IMG/VR virus record: IMGVR_UViG_3300015214_000031
Coordinates: 10,694-74,693 of that record
DNA: 64,000 nucleotides
Source: a virus
Lineage: Duplodnaviria > Caudoviricetes
Strand: one strand, 5' to 3'
The notes under the pieces are model-generated. The model had not been told where the DNA came from and ran no database searches. It was given only the letters and a program-made list of their open reading frames with translations. The position numbers and the translations under genes are program-made. Positions 47,556 through 58,386 of the stretch are shown here, in pieces. Every line of letters begins with the position of its first letter. Within the stretch, counting starts at the first letter, position 1.

Positions 47556-50120
47556 TTATAAATTAGTTATTAAAGTTGCAGGAAGAGACTCAATAGACCA
47601 TGAGTTTTTCTGATAAATTTTAAAAATTAAATCCTCATTATATGAGCCATTATCAGAAATATTATTAGCAGAAGTATACGTGTACGTTTCTGTAGAAGTA
47701 TCAGTTATTTCATATTCTCTCAATAATGATTCTGTTGCTTGGTCATAAATTCTTACTACATAACTTTCAACTCCCTCTAATACACCACCACCATAGCCTG
47801 AACCACCACCATAAATATATCCATAACCTTTATTTATTCCATCCGTTGTTTTTCTCCATGTTAAAACGGCATCTTCACTTGCACTTAAAGAAGTTCCACT
47901 TTTTTGACTATTCAACTCTAAAGTAGAAACCCTATTTGGACGATAATACAACCCATTAACAACAATTGAATCACTAGGAGCAAGGCTATGATCTGATTGC
48001 ATATTATAAATATTAACTGAATAAGCTTTAAAAGAAAGAGTCATTCCTATTTCTTCATCCAAATAATTATAAGATGGGGTATAAGTTTGTCTCAATACAC
48101 AATACTGTGTAGCTAAATGGGAAGAAGGTAAAGTATCATTGTAACCTCTAATACATCCTGTAAATTGGCAAGCAACATCATCAATTCCAGAATAATATAT
48201 TTCTTCATCTTCTAACCAAAAAGATCCTACCGATGGAAACGAATCATACAAAGTGGAATCATCATATCCAATTACAGTATCAGAATTAGTTATTGCTCCA
48301 CTCAGCTTCACACTAGGAGAAATTGTGTTAAATCTATCTAAATATTCCCAATCAGAGCCAATCCCTTTTTGAATATAAATTAAAGCACCGATCCAATAAG
48401 GATTATCATCAGGACGTTTAAAAGTAATCATTATTTTTTTATTTAAACTGTCTTCAAAAACCATCAATCTTTCAGTAGAATCTGGTTTAGCATAAGGATT
48501 GGGCACACTGAAACTTTCGGTAGGAATAATAGGATTTGCATTATCATGATAAACTGAAGGAACATATTCTATACAGGAAACTTTTACTTCATAATTTTCC
48601 ATTTCTTCTAATGAAATAACTCTAAACAATTTTGCTGCCCAAGCAGGTCTAGCATGAGTTATTCCAATAATATCTCCAACAGTAAGAAAATAACCTAGAA
48701 TATCCGTTTGAAAATCACATAAATAATTAATATTAATAGAGCTATCTAAAAAGAAACAAGCCATTCGTGCAGCTTGGGATTTTCTTTTTATTCCTGTCAT
48801 ACTAATTGTTTGTTCTCTAATCTCTTCCGTATCATTTATATCAAATGTATCATCTATTTCTACAAAATCTTGCCTATAAGAATCATCACGATTCAAAAAT
48901 TCAACACGAATCCTATTGCTTCTATCTCTTACAGAACGATATGAGTAATTAAATGTTCCTTTTGCAATATTTTCCTTTTTTATAAAAAATGAATCACCTA
49001 TGTTTGGAGCAAAAGAAAGATTTTCATCCAAATCAATATATGTTGAGGTTTGATCTGTAACTACAAACATATAAGAAACAGATCCAATAGTTATCCATCC
49101 AATATCACCAATCCAATAATCATCCACATAGGATGAAAAATCTGCATAAATTCTACTCACTGTTGAATTACTATTTACAGTAAAATCAATTTTATGGCTA
49201 TCTGCAAAATAAAGAACAGGTGATTCAGAATTATTTCCTATTCTTATTTTTAATTTTCCTTCAGAAAGATAAATAAAACCTCTACAAGTTTGTAAAACAT
49301 CTGTTATAAGATCATAACCTTTTAATCTGTTGGTGAACGAATTTGAATATCTAAATCTTGGTTCAGTACCACCATTCCCATCACTCACCGTTACATCACA
49401 ATAATCTGCTGCTGTTTTCCAAGATCCTGTAGTGGTAGGAGAACCATCAATTAAATCCGTTGAAACCCCTATTCCGTACCTTTTATTGGTTAAAAAATCA
49501 TAAACTACCTTTATTGGATTTGCATCATACTCACCTGTTTCAGTAAGTAAACCATTTAACTCACATGAATAAGTCGGTAATGAATTTGTTGTTCCTATTT
49601 TACCACTAACATATGCATATGCAGTATATATCCAAGGAATTGCAGGAGCATCGGAACCTGATAAATTTTCTAGAACATTTGAATTTATAGTTTGTATAGA
49701 AGTCCCAAGATAAGTAGTAATATCAATTTCCATTGTGTCATCATCATCTATTTCATCCAATGTTTTATCATTTATAAAATGTTTAACAAAAGCTTTTACT
49801 TCTCCTTCTGATAATGCACAGCAAAACTCAGCATAATACATTGCTGAATAAGAAGGATTTTTCTTATCTCCTACATTTTCCATTTCTACACTATTATCAC
49901 CAATCCAAATTACACCACCATAAACTTTACACTGACCATAAACAATTGGAACAGGATAATTTCTAACATAGGAATTACATCCTAAATCTCCTAAAGGTGG
50001 AGGATCAGGAGGATCAGGAGGATCTAACCAAAGACCAATCATTCCTCCAATGGAAGCTCCAGCCGCACCACCAACCACATAACCAATAACTGAACCAATT
50101 GCCATGCCAGGACTAGCCAT
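47556..50120 (-). CDS. Central tail tip / host-specificity protein (lambda J-like), copy 1
   Basis: Follows M/L/K-like genes; PVPIVYG, LSEGEV, DANPI, NRIRVEF, GDIIGITH. Confidence 0.8.
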   Translation of the reverse strand: MASPGMAIGSVIGYVVGGAAGASIGGMIGLWLDPPDPPDPPPLGDLGCNSYVRNYPVPIVYGQCKVYGGVIWIGDNSVEMENVGDKKNPSYSAMYYAEFCCALSEGEVKAFVKHFINDKTLDEIDDDDTMEIDITTYLGTSIQTINSNVLENLSGSDAPAIPWIYTAYAYVSGKIGTTNSLPTYSCELNGLLTETGEYDANPIKVVYDFLTNKRYGIGVSTDLIDGSPTTTGSWKTAADYCDVTVSDGNGGTEPRFRYSNSFTNRLKGYDLITDVLQTCRGFIYLSEGKLKIRIGNNSESPVLYFADSHKIDFTVNSNSTVSRIYADFSSYVDDYWIGDIGWITIGSVSYMFVVTDQTSTYIDLDENLSFAPNIGDSFFIKKENIAKGTFNYSYRSVRDRSNRIRVEFLNRDDSYRQDFVEIDDTFDINDTEEIREQTISMTGIKRKSQAARMACFFLDSSININYLCDFQTDILGYFLTVGDIIGITHARPAWAAKLFRVISLEEMENYEVKVSCIEYVPSVYHDNANPIIPTESFSVPNPYAKPDSTERLMVFEDSLNKKIMITFKRPDDNPYWIGALIYIQKGIGSDWEYLDRFNTISPSVKLSGAITNSDTVIGYDDSTLYDSFPSVGSFWLEDEEIYYSGIDDVACQFTGCIRGYNDTLPSSHLATQYCVLRQTYTPSYNYLDEEIGMTLSFKAYSVNIYNMQSDHSLAPSDSIVVNGLYYRPNRVSTLELNSQKSGTSLSASEDAVLTWRKTTDGINKGYGYIYGGGSGYGGGVLEGVESYVVRIYDQATESLLREYEITDTSTETYTYTSANNISDNGSYNEDLIFKIYQKNSWSIESLPATLITNL

Positions 50121-50560
50121 TATGATTTAAATCCTTTATAAACTAAAAATTTATAAAATTTCTTATTCCAATATCTATGATCTAAACTGTCCGGTCTTAC
50201 TTTCTTTCCAGATGGTGCGTGAATGAAACTTCTATTTCCTATGTAAATGCCGCCATGAGTAATCATTTCTTCATCAAAGCATTTAAAAACAACTAAATCA
50301 CCCTTTTTAGGATTATCTGTAAAATCAAAATATTTTAATAATCCATCCAAATATCTCTGTTTATCAGCAAACCAGAACCAATTCACTTCATACTTTTTAC
50401 CATCACCTTGAGGAAGATTTATTCCAGCACGATAATAAGCAAGCCAGCAGCAACCTTTACAATCCAATCCCCCTCTGGTCACTCCCATATGTCTAAACGG
50501 AATACCTATTAATTTTTTAGCTTCCGTTACAATTCTTTCTCTTTGTTCTTCCTCACTCAT
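50120..50560 (-). CDS. NlpC/P60 tail assembly protein (lambda K-like)
   Basis: GIPFRH.G....GLDC, GDLVVF, HGGIY, FIHA. Confidence 0.85.
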   Translation of the reverse strand: MSEEEQRERIVTEAKKLIGIPFRHMGVTRGGLDCKGCCWLAYYRAGINLPQGDGKKYEVNWFWFADKQRYLDGLLKYFDFTDNPKKGDLVVFKCFDEEMITHGGIYIGNRSFIHAPSGKKVRPDSLDHRYWNKKFYKFLVYKGFKS

Positions 50561-50628
50561 TTAATTAAAACTCCAAAAAACACAATCGAATAAAGATGTA
50601 AAATAAAAACCAACATAAGTACCTAAAA

Positions 50629-51462
50629 TCATATGACAGGTTGGATCGGAACATGAGGAAATCCACCATATGATAAGTAATTATCAAAATCATCCTGACA
50701 AGCAGTGGGATTCTTCTTACAAATCTTTTGAACAGTAAAAGTAGTACCTTCATCTGGTGTATTAGAAAGAGGAATCCGTAAAGTCACAGAAGAACTTGTA
50801 GAACTTATTATTGGTCGTACTTCCCCCTCTAAAGTTCCAGAAGTTATTTCTACATAACCAGGAACAAAATAATCTGAATCATAACCACCATCCGTAAAAT
50901 TTAATACAGTTGTAGAAGATCCAGCCAAAGTAGTTAAAGATGCATCATAATCTCCCAATATCATCCCACAATAAGCATCACCAAATGTCCAATTACAACC
51001 TACTTGAAATATTCTTCTTGGATACTCTCTTTCAAATATTGGAAATGGTTTAACCTGAATATTTACCCAATGATCGTCACCACTAGGAGCATCCATGTAA
51101 CCGTCAAAAACAGTAATCATATTTGAAGCATTTGTTAAAAACCCATGAAAAACAATTCCTAAAATGCATCTTTTTCTATTAAATGCACCTGAAGCAATTA
51201 ATGTTCTAAAAGATAAATCAACATTGTCAAGAGAAATGGTCAATTCTTGAAGAATAGTCCCTTCCTCTGATTTTATTCCTGTTCGTTTAACTGCTAAAGC
51301 TGTATAAACTTGACCTGCAAAAGTTATATCTTGAGTATTGGCTACATAAAAATGAGAAGGATCTGTATAAGGAGATTCTAAATATAACTTTGCTATTTGA
51401 TAAGGTCTTGTATATAATTTATACAATTCTGGCTTAATAGCATCAGCAATGTTTCGTGACAT
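50629..51462 (-). CDS. Tail tip protein (lambda L / DUF2163-like)
   Basis: C-terminal Cys cluster C.W..G...C...C.K....C...F.N...YGGFP. Confidence 0.8.
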   Translation of the reverse strand: MSRNIADAIKPELYKLYTRPYQIAKLYLESPYTDPSHFYVANTQDITFAGQVYTALAVKRTGIKSEEGTILQELTISLDNVDLSFRTLIASGAFNRKRCILGIVFHGFLTNASNMITVFDGYMDAPSGDDHWVNIQVKPFPIFEREYPRRIFQVGCNWTFGDAYCGMILGDYDASLTTLAGSSTTVLNFTDGGYDSDYFVPGYVEITSGTLEGEVRPIISSTSSSVTLRIPLSNTPDEGTTFTVQKICKKNPTACQDDFDNYLSYGGFPHVPIQPVI

Positions 51463-51474
51463 TCTATCAATTCC

Positions 51475-51822
51475 TTATGCAAATTGTTCTTCAAAAACAA
51501 TGGTGATTTCCCAAATATTGTTCATAATGCACACTTCAGAATAAGACTCATAAGCAACATAATATGAAGAATCATCACTTATATAACTAGGAACACTTGT
51601 CCAATTGAAGGGAGTTCCTTGACCATATTGACCTTTATAATGAGCAAGGAGTAAATCCCTTTCTGTTTTACTTTGTCCTCTAAAATAAAGTGTCCAAGTT
51701 CGTTTAGGATCTGTAGTTACAATTCTTCTTTTCTTTTTAAAACCCTCCATCTCAGTTGTCAGTACATTATACTGAGGAGTTCCAGGTTCTACTCTATGAG
51801 GAACATAAGCAAAATCTGCCAT
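51475..51822 (-). CDS. Distal tail protein (lambda M-like)
   Basis: Follows the TMP; KRTWTL.F...YKGQYGQ..PFNW. Confidence 0.7.
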   Translation of the reverse strand: MADFAYVPHRVEPGTPQYNVLTTEMEGFKKKRRIVTTDPKRTWTLYFRGQSKTERDLLLAHYKGQYGQGTPFNWTSVPSYISDDSSYYVAYESYSEVCIMNNIWEITIVFEEQFA

Positions 51823-51833
51823 TTTTTATTCCT

Positions 51834-54800
51834 TTAATAAGCATTGCGGATATCTCTTCTAATTGCCTTATTATTTTTTAATGCCTTTCCAATCATTCCT
51901 TCTAAAACATTTGAATTTTTCATAAGAAATTGAGTACCAGATTGAGTATCTATTGCCTGAAGATTAACATTTAAATGAATATTTGTTTGAGGCTCAACTT
52001 GTCCATTGTTTTTTCCATATTTAGATTTTGGCATGAACATCTCATCTTCTTTTTCCGCAAAGGAATAAGATGTTCCTGATTTCAAACCAACACCAAAAAC
52101 AGGTTCTTTTAAAACACCACCCTCAGCAAAGCCTTTTCCTCCACTACCACCACTACTACCAAACATACTAAAAAGAGATCCTAGTATTCCCATTCCACCG
52201 CCCCCACCACTACTACCGGAAAACATTCCAGAAAGACTAGAAAGAATGGTATCTAATCCAGTAGTGAGTGAAGAAAGGACGGTACTAAATCCTGTTTTTA
52301 AATGACCAAAAACCCCTGTAAATCCAGTTGAAAGTTTATCCCAAACCCCTCTTACTCCATTATTAAGATTAGCTGTAACTTTATCTGTCATTTGATTAAT
52401 AGGTTCGGTTAATGCTCCTTGAGACATCAAACTTCGAATATTTGTAACAGTAACAGGAAGAGGACTGGTACTGGATATTCCAGAAAGAGATCCTTGATCT
52501 AAACCACCATTTCCAAATATCTTCTGTGAAAGATCTGTCCCAATTTTCAAAGGATTCAATCTTCCACCCATAATTCCCTGAAATCCAAATATGCTATTCT
52601 GATTTCCTCCTGCACCATTCATCTGATCGAAAAGAGGCTGAATCAAGTTTCTTTTAATAAATGCTTCCATAACTTGTTTTGAAATAGATTCAAACAGATC
52701 TATTACTTTCTGCTTCCAACCCTTCATTTCAAAAAGAATGTCAGTAAGAGAAGATGAAATTGAATCAACCCATCCATCAGACATATCTTTCAAATCTTTA
52801 AAGAAAGGTTGCATTACTTCCTGTTTATGCTTTTCAGTCATTATTTCAAATAATTTTAATTGCCTCTCCCAATTAGCAATCATTGGTTTGTAATATTCTT
52901 CAGTTCTTGAATCTGCTGCCATTGCTAATTTAGCTTCTTCAATCTTTTTCTTAATCTCAGTAGCAAAATTATCATATGCAGCTTGTAGTCTTATCAACTC
53001 TGCTTGTTGCCTATCAGAAAAAACAATTGATTCACTAAGATAATCAGCTTCAATATCTCTTAATTGTGTGTATGCTTCAGATACTTTTTTAGTATAATTT
53101 AATTTTACCTTTTCCAATTCAGTCTGTTTTGCTTTAGGAATCAAACCAGAAAGTTCTTTTGCCTTACCCTTACTGATTTCCCCACTTTGAGCCATCTTAT
53201 CTATTTTTCTTTTTAAATCATCAAATCTTTCTTCAACTTTTTGAATATCTGAAAGTTCAAGACCAAGAATCTGTCTTCTCAAATCCAATTCATTATCTGC
53301 AATTTTCTGTTCCAATTCCATTTTTTGATTGGCATACCATTTCTTTGCTGCCAACTGTAATTCATCATAATGCTCAGCAATTACATGATTCTTTTTAGCA
53401 GCATCAGCTATATCTCTTAAATAATTTTTATATTGATTCTCTAATTTAGTAAAAGGATCTAAACCACCTAATCTATCCAACCAATCCAAATATTCATTTT
53501 GAAGCTCTTGAAGAGTTTTCTTAGCTTTACTAGCTGCATCAACATAACCATCAACTGTTTTCTTTACATTTTCTTCACTAATAGCTTCTAATTGATCTTT
53601 TTTATTTTGAGTCTGAACAAGCAATTCAAGCACTCTTTTAGCTTGTTCTTGCTGTTCTTTTGTAAGCTTGTGACCTGTCATTCCTCCCGGCTGTTGAGCA
53701 ACATTTCTTTTTGTTTCTTCGATTGTTATTTGCATTCCCATTGCAAGATCTGAATACTCTTGCCTTACAACTTTTACAATTCCTAAAATTTCATCCTTAA
53801 AACCTTTTGCAAGAGATACAAATTTACTTCCTACCTGAACAAATGAAGTTTCAACATCATTTTTTGTGACTGTAAGAGTAGTTTTTATTCCATCAGAAGC
53901 AGTATCAAAAGCTCCTACAATGTCATCTGCAAACAATATGGATTTTTTAGAAGTATTATTTACCATCTTAACAACTTGAGTATCTACATTACTAACCATC
54001 CTTTTTAATTCTTCTTCATTTGCTTTTATCTCAGCAGTCAGTCTTTCTCTTGCAGCTTGTGCTTGATTTTTAAGTGCTTCAACTTCTTCTATTCTTTTAT
54101 CTTTTTTACTTTTAGATTTTTCCTGCATTTCCTCCATTTTAGCCAAAACATCTAATGCAGCTTTAGATCCTTCTACAGAATCCAGAAGAGATCGTGCTTT
54201 TCCATCCAAAGCATCTTTTGCATTACCAAAAGCTTTGTCTAAATCTTTAGCAACTTTATTAGCTTCTTTTATTCTATCACCAAAAGTAGTAAAAGGATCT
54301 ACAACATAGTCACCTATTTTTTTCATGGAATTTCCAATAGCATCAACAGCATTTTCCATTCCAGAAAAATCACCCTTTAAACCTCTAATCAAACCAACAA
54401 AAGACATAAAAGCTATATTTAAAGTTTCAGCTAAAACACCTACTATTCCAACTACTGTTCTTACAGTCAATTCTAAAACTGCAAATAATTCAATTATAAA
54501 TTTTACTGTAACACCAAAATTACTCAATTCCTCTTTTCCAGATGAAAATAATTCAAAAATACTTCTAAAAGAATTCATTAAAGTATCACCAATACTAACA
54601 ATAACTTTAAAAACATCCAAAAGAGGATTCATAATTGTCCTACCTAATGAATAGGCAAGCTCAAACACAACTTTTAGTGTTTTTGCAATATTTTGTCCCA
54701 ACTCAGTTAACTTTTCACCTGGAACACCAAGCATATCTACAAACTTTTTAATTCCCTGAGCAACTTTAAGAGTCAAATCCTCCAATCCAATTAATTTTAT

Positions 54801-57530
54801 ATATTTCCACATTTCTTTAAGTCTATTAACTTGAACACCAAATTCCTGTGAAATTTTCTTATTCACTACATTGAAGGATTCAAGCATATCTGACAAGCCA
54901 ACAAGAACAGATTTACCTTCTTTCTTCCAAGCTTCCATCTGTTTCTTGATGTCTATTCCTTGCATTTTAAATGCCATTGCAACCGAATCTGTTACTCGTT
55001 GTCTTCCCTGAATCAATGCCATAATTTCCTGGCGCATCTGAACACCAGCATTTGCCATACCTTCCGTCATGACTTTAACAGCAGTTGCAAGGGTAGCAAT
55101 TCTTTTTACATCATCATTTGTTTTTGGAAATATTCCAGCTTGAGCAAAACTTCTTGTAACCATCATCATATCTTCAAGAGATGCATAAGTTTGTGCTGCT
55201 TGAGCTTGCAACTTCATCATCAAATCTCTTGAAAAGTTATAAATTGTATCAAAACTATTTTGAAAAGATTGTCCCATGCTCATTCCTATAGTTGCAGCAA
55301 GAGCATAGGTAGCCTTTCTAAACTCATCAATTTCTTTTAAAGCAGATATAAAATATCTTTTTATTCCCTCTATTGTTCTAAAAATAAGATAAGCAACAGC
55401 AGCAACTTGCCATCTTAAATTCCTAAAACCACCCATCACATAAGAAAAAAATCCTTGAGAATTTCTTGCGAACTGATTATTGACTTTATTAACAGATTTA
55501 ATTGCATATCCTGTTACTTCTGTGCTATAATTTCTAAATTTATTCTGAAGTTGTTCCAATTTTGAAATTTGAGCGGAAACATCAACTCCTTTAATTTTTC
55601 TAAGCTCTCTTAGTATTCGTATAGTTTCTTTTATTTTTTCACCTAATGCTGTAAATTCATCTCTATCTCGTAAAATTGAATCTTTTATTATTCTTGACTG
55701 ATTTAAATTTTCTTGACCCCATTTTTTAGCAGTAACAATTAATTCCTCATACTTTTTTCTCATTCTCTCAACTATTTGAGCCATTTGATCTTCTGCCGGT
55801 CCTCCCGCTTTTCCAAAAACACCAGCAGTAGCACTTGCTTGATTTACTCTCCTGACCAAATCAGCTTGATCTACAAGCTGTTTATTTATTGATTCAATTT
55901 CTGTTCTTTTAGAAGATACAACTTTACTAATCCTGTCTGCATATGCAGTATAAATTGAAGCTCTTTGAGCATTTTCTTCTTCTGCTGCTTTTCTTCTATA
56001 TCCAGCCTCCATTTGTTCAAGCTTAGTCAATTCCTTCTCACTTCGAGATATATTACTAATCATCCTCTCATGTGATCTTTCCATTTCTTTAAAAGCTTGA
56101 ACACCAATTTTTGCATTTTCAAGAGTATCAACTTTTAAATTATCAAGGGTATTTGCACTTTCATTATAAATACCTTTCAATCTTTGAAACAATTCAATTT
56201 GCTGTTGCAGCAATGGTGCTGATTTTGAAAGAGGACCGGACATATCCAATTTACTTGAAAGATTAAAAAGATTATTTAATTCTTTTTCAAATTCCTTTAT
56301 TCCAGTTAATGATTCCTGCATTCCTTGAATTTTACCCAAAGATTGAATATGACCGGCTTTACCCATCTGTTGCATCAAGCCAATCATTTCTTTCATTTGA
56401 TTAATATCAATTCCCAATTCATTTCTATATTTGACAAATTGCTGAATCAATTGCTCTGTACTGACACCGCCAGTAGAAGAAAGTTTAGAAAGACTATCCA
56501 CTAAATTAGAAATCAAACTTCTCATGGTGGTAATTCTTGCTTCAGCAGTTCCTTTCGATCCCAAGAATTGATCTGTAATATCACCGGAAAGAGAAGCTAA
56601 TTGCTGTGGTCTTTCAGCAGAAAATTTTGAAAATTGTTCCTGAAGAGATCTTATTTTAACCTGTGATTGCTCTATTTTATTTTCAATAAGCCTTAAATAT
56701 TTTTCAGATTTTACATAATTATCACGAGCAATCTCCTGACTTTGGAGACTTGTTGCTCTTTCCATTGCAATTCTAGCATTATCAAAGGCTTTCTGAGCAT
56801 TCAACCTTTGTTTATTTAAATCTTCTGTATCTTTTAAAGTAGATTGTAAAATCTGTCTTAATCTGTTTCCCTCATCTTTTGTTTCAAATGCTTTTTTAAC
56901 ATCACCTTGAAGAGTTCCAGTAGATTGTGATAGCCTGTGAATATCAGCAATAGCACTTTCACACGTTTTAGAAATCGTCACAGCAGCAAGTGATCCAGAT
57001 TTTGCAATGGAAGAAATTGTTTGAACACTTACTCTTGAAAGTTCCTCATTAAATTTATTTTCTAATTGTTTTGCTTCACCAACAATCCTATCTCTTTTAC
57101 TTGTAATAGCAGCAATGGCACTTTCTTTAAAAGCAGGAGAAAGATTTTTACTTGATTCTATTTTTAACCTTTTTGATTCAGCATCCCTCATTGCTTGATT
57201 AACTTTTACTATTTCGTTTTCTAACCCTTTAAGCCTTGCCATTGCTCCACTAGCAAGGCTTCCAATATCAGATTGAACACTTTTAACAACACCTTTTATT
57301 GATTCAACACCTTTTCTTGTTGAATCAACCATACCAGTAGACATAGCACTAATATTGGAATTTACAGTTCTACTTAAATTTGTAAATCCCTTTCCCATGT
57401 CGGCACTAATTGTATTCAGCCGTTTCAAAGTATTGTGGTATTGATTCGTCATTGTTTTCAATGACGATGTAAACTCATCAACACCTAAACTAAATTCAAG
57501 TTTTTCTTCCAAAACATGAGAATCGTTCAT
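51834..57530 (-). CDS. Tape measure protein
   Basis: 1898 aa, helical/coiled-coil, Gly-rich C-terminal segment; lies between the chaperones and the tip genes. Confidence 0.9.
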   Translation of the reverse strand: MNDSHVLEEKLEFSLGVDEFTSSLKTMTNQYHNTLKRLNTISADMGKGFTNLSRTVNSNISAMSTGMVDSTRKGVESIKGVVKSVQSDIGSLASGAMARLKGLENEIVKVNQAMRDAESKRLKIESSKNLSPAFKESAIAAITSKRDRIVGEAKQLENKFNEELSRVSVQTISSIAKSGSLAAVTISKTCESAIADIHRLSQSTGTLQGDVKKAFETKDEGNRLRQILQSTLKDTEDLNKQRLNAQKAFDNARIAMERATSLQSQEIARDNYVKSEKYLRLIENKIEQSQVKIRSLQEQFSKFSAERPQQLASLSGDITDQFLGSKGTAEARITTMRSLISNLVDSLSKLSSTGGVSTEQLIQQFVKYRNELGIDINQMKEMIGLMQQMGKAGHIQSLGKIQGMQESLTGIKEFEKELNNLFNLSSKLDMSGPLSKSAPLLQQQIELFQRLKGIYNESANTLDNLKVDTLENAKIGVQAFKEMERSHERMISNISRSEKELTKLEQMEAGYRRKAAEEENAQRASIYTAYADRISKVVSSKRTEIESINKQLVDQADLVRRVNQASATAGVFGKAGGPAEDQMAQIVERMRKKYEELIVTAKKWGQENLNQSRIIKDSILRDRDEFTALGEKIKETIRILRELRKIKGVDVSAQISKLEQLQNKFRNYSTEVTGYAIKSVNKVNNQFARNSQGFFSYVMGGFRNLRWQVAAVAYLIFRTIEGIKRYFISALKEIDEFRKATYALAATIGMSMGQSFQNSFDTIYNFSRDLMMKLQAQAAQTYASLEDMMMVTRSFAQAGIFPKTNDDVKRIATLATAVKVMTEGMANAGVQMRQEIMALIQGRQRVTDSVAMAFKMQGIDIKKQMEAWKKEGKSVLVGLSDMLESFNVVNKKISQEFGVQVNRLKEMWKYIKLIGLEDLTLKVAQGIKKFVDMLGVPGEKLTELGQNIAKTLKVVFELAYSLGRTIMNPLLDVFKVIVSIGDTLMNSFRSIFELFSSGKEELSNFGVTVKFIIELFAVLELTVRTVVGIVGVLAETLNIAFMSFVGLIRGLKGDFSGMENAVDAIGNSMKKIGDYVVDPFTTFGDRIKEANKVAKDLDKAFGNAKDALDGKARSLLDSVEGSKAALDVLAKMEEMQEKSKSKKDKRIEEVEALKNQAQAARERLTAEIKANEEELKRMVSNVDTQVVKMVNNTSKKSILFADDIVGAFDTASDGIKTTLTVTKNDVETSFVQVGSKFVSLAKGFKDEILGIVKVVRQEYSDLAMGMQITIEETKRNVAQQPGGMTGHKLTKEQQEQAKRVLELLVQTQNKKDQLEAISEENVKKTVDGYVDAASKAKKTLQELQNEYLDWLDRLGGLDPFTKLENQYKNYLRDIADAAKKNHVIAEHYDELQLAAKKWYANQKMELEQKIADNELDLRRQILGLELSDIQKVEERFDDLKRKIDKMAQSGEISKGKAKELSGLIPKAKQTELEKVKLNYTKKVSEAYTQLRDIEADYLSESIVFSDRQQAELIRLQAAYDNFATEIKKKIEEAKLAMAADSRTEEYYKPMIANWERQLKLFEIMTEKHKQEVMQPFFKDLKDMSDGWVDSISSSLTDILFEMKGWKQKVIDLFESISKQVMEAFIKRNLIQPLFDQMNGAGGNQNSIFGFQGIMGGRLNPLKIGTDLSQKIFGNGGLDQGSLSGISSTSPLPVTVTNIRSLMSQGALTEPINQMTDKVTANLNNGVRGVWDKLSTGFTGVFGHLKTGFSTVLSSLTTGLDTILSSLSGMFSGSSGGGGGMGILGSLFSMFGSSGGSGGKGFAEGGVLKEPVFGVGLKSGTSYSFAEKEDEMFMPKSKYGKNNGQVEPQTNIHLNVNLQAIDTQSGTQFLMKNSNVLEGMIGKALKNNKAIRRDIRNAY

Positions 57531-57536
57531 TTTGTT

Positions 57537-57846
57537 TTACCTTTTATATTTCATTAATCTTTCTTTCCAATCTGGATCTTTCTTTGCTTTCAATTGCTCC
57601 TTAACTTTATATTTACCCATAAGTTGATCGTAAGTTTTTCTCAAATTTTTAACATGCTTCTCATTACCTAAAAAAGCCGCATTTCCATCAGAAATCATCA
57701 TCATTCGATAACTGATTTCCTCAAGTTCAGCGGCTTTTCTAATAATCAAATATTTATCAATGGGCATTCCCTCTAAGTCACGAAATGTTATCCCTCCTGA
57801 TGAAATTCTGCATATTTGGATCTTCTCTCTAACTTCATCTACGATT
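57537..57846 (-). CDS. Tail assembly chaperone GT, -1 frame segment
   Basis: The -1 frame is open from the slippery A8 run (KKIVDEVREKIQICRISSGGITFRDLEGMPIDKY...) to the stop at 57537. Confidence 0.75.
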
Positions 57847-58297
57847 TTTTTTCCTGGTCTATCTCACCAACAACAATCTGATTTACTTTTTCAAATATTT
57901 TCGTGACCAATTTAGTAGACCATGTTTTTTCCAATTCACTCTTTTCTACACTTTCAAGATTTCCCTCTTCATTATATTTCTCAAGACCAGAAGCAATAAT
58001 GAAATTCATTTGAAAATCAAAAATATCTTCCATGTCCTTAGCAAGTTCTTCAGGAATCTCCTGCTTATTCTCTTCCAATTCCTTCAGCTTTTTATCATTT
58101 TCTTTTGCCTTGTTTGTTATTTCTCTTCCCATAGCAATCAATCTTTTTGCTACAAAAGGAGAAATAGGACCAATATAATATTTGTTTTTAAAATAGGTAA
58201 ATTCAAAAGGTTGCCCAAGTTCCGAAAAATCTTCAATACCAACCCTAACCAATTCACTCATAATCAACCTCCATAACCAAGAAAAAAATATCACCAT
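57839..58297 (-). CDS. Tail assembly chaperone G
   Basis: Between the tail tube gene and the TMP; ends at the slippery site. Confidence 0.75.
   Translation of the reverse strand: MVIFFSWLWRLIMSELVRVGIEDFSELGQPFEFTYFKNKYYIGPISPFVAKRLIAMGREITNKAKENDKKLKELEENKQEIPEELAKDMEDIFDFQMNFIIASGLEKYNEEGNLESVEKSELEKTWSTKLVTKIFEKVNQIVVGEIDQEKKS
57845..57854 (-). other. Programmed -1 ribosomal frameshift site
   Basis: Minus strand CAG GAA AAA AAA TCG TAG (A AAA AAA heptamer), two codons before the stop of gene G. Confidence 0.75.
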
Positions 58298-58323
58298 GTA
58301 AACAACTATAATCTTATTTAAAT

Positions 58324-58356
58324 TAAGAGTAGGTGAAGTACAAACACCTACTCTTA
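58324..58356 (-). terminator. Stem-loop downstream of the major tail protein gene
   Basis: TAAGAGTAGGTG/CACCTACTCTTA perfect 12-bp stem. Confidence 0.65.
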
Positions 58357-58386
58357 TAAATTAAAAATCAACTTCCTACACTATAC

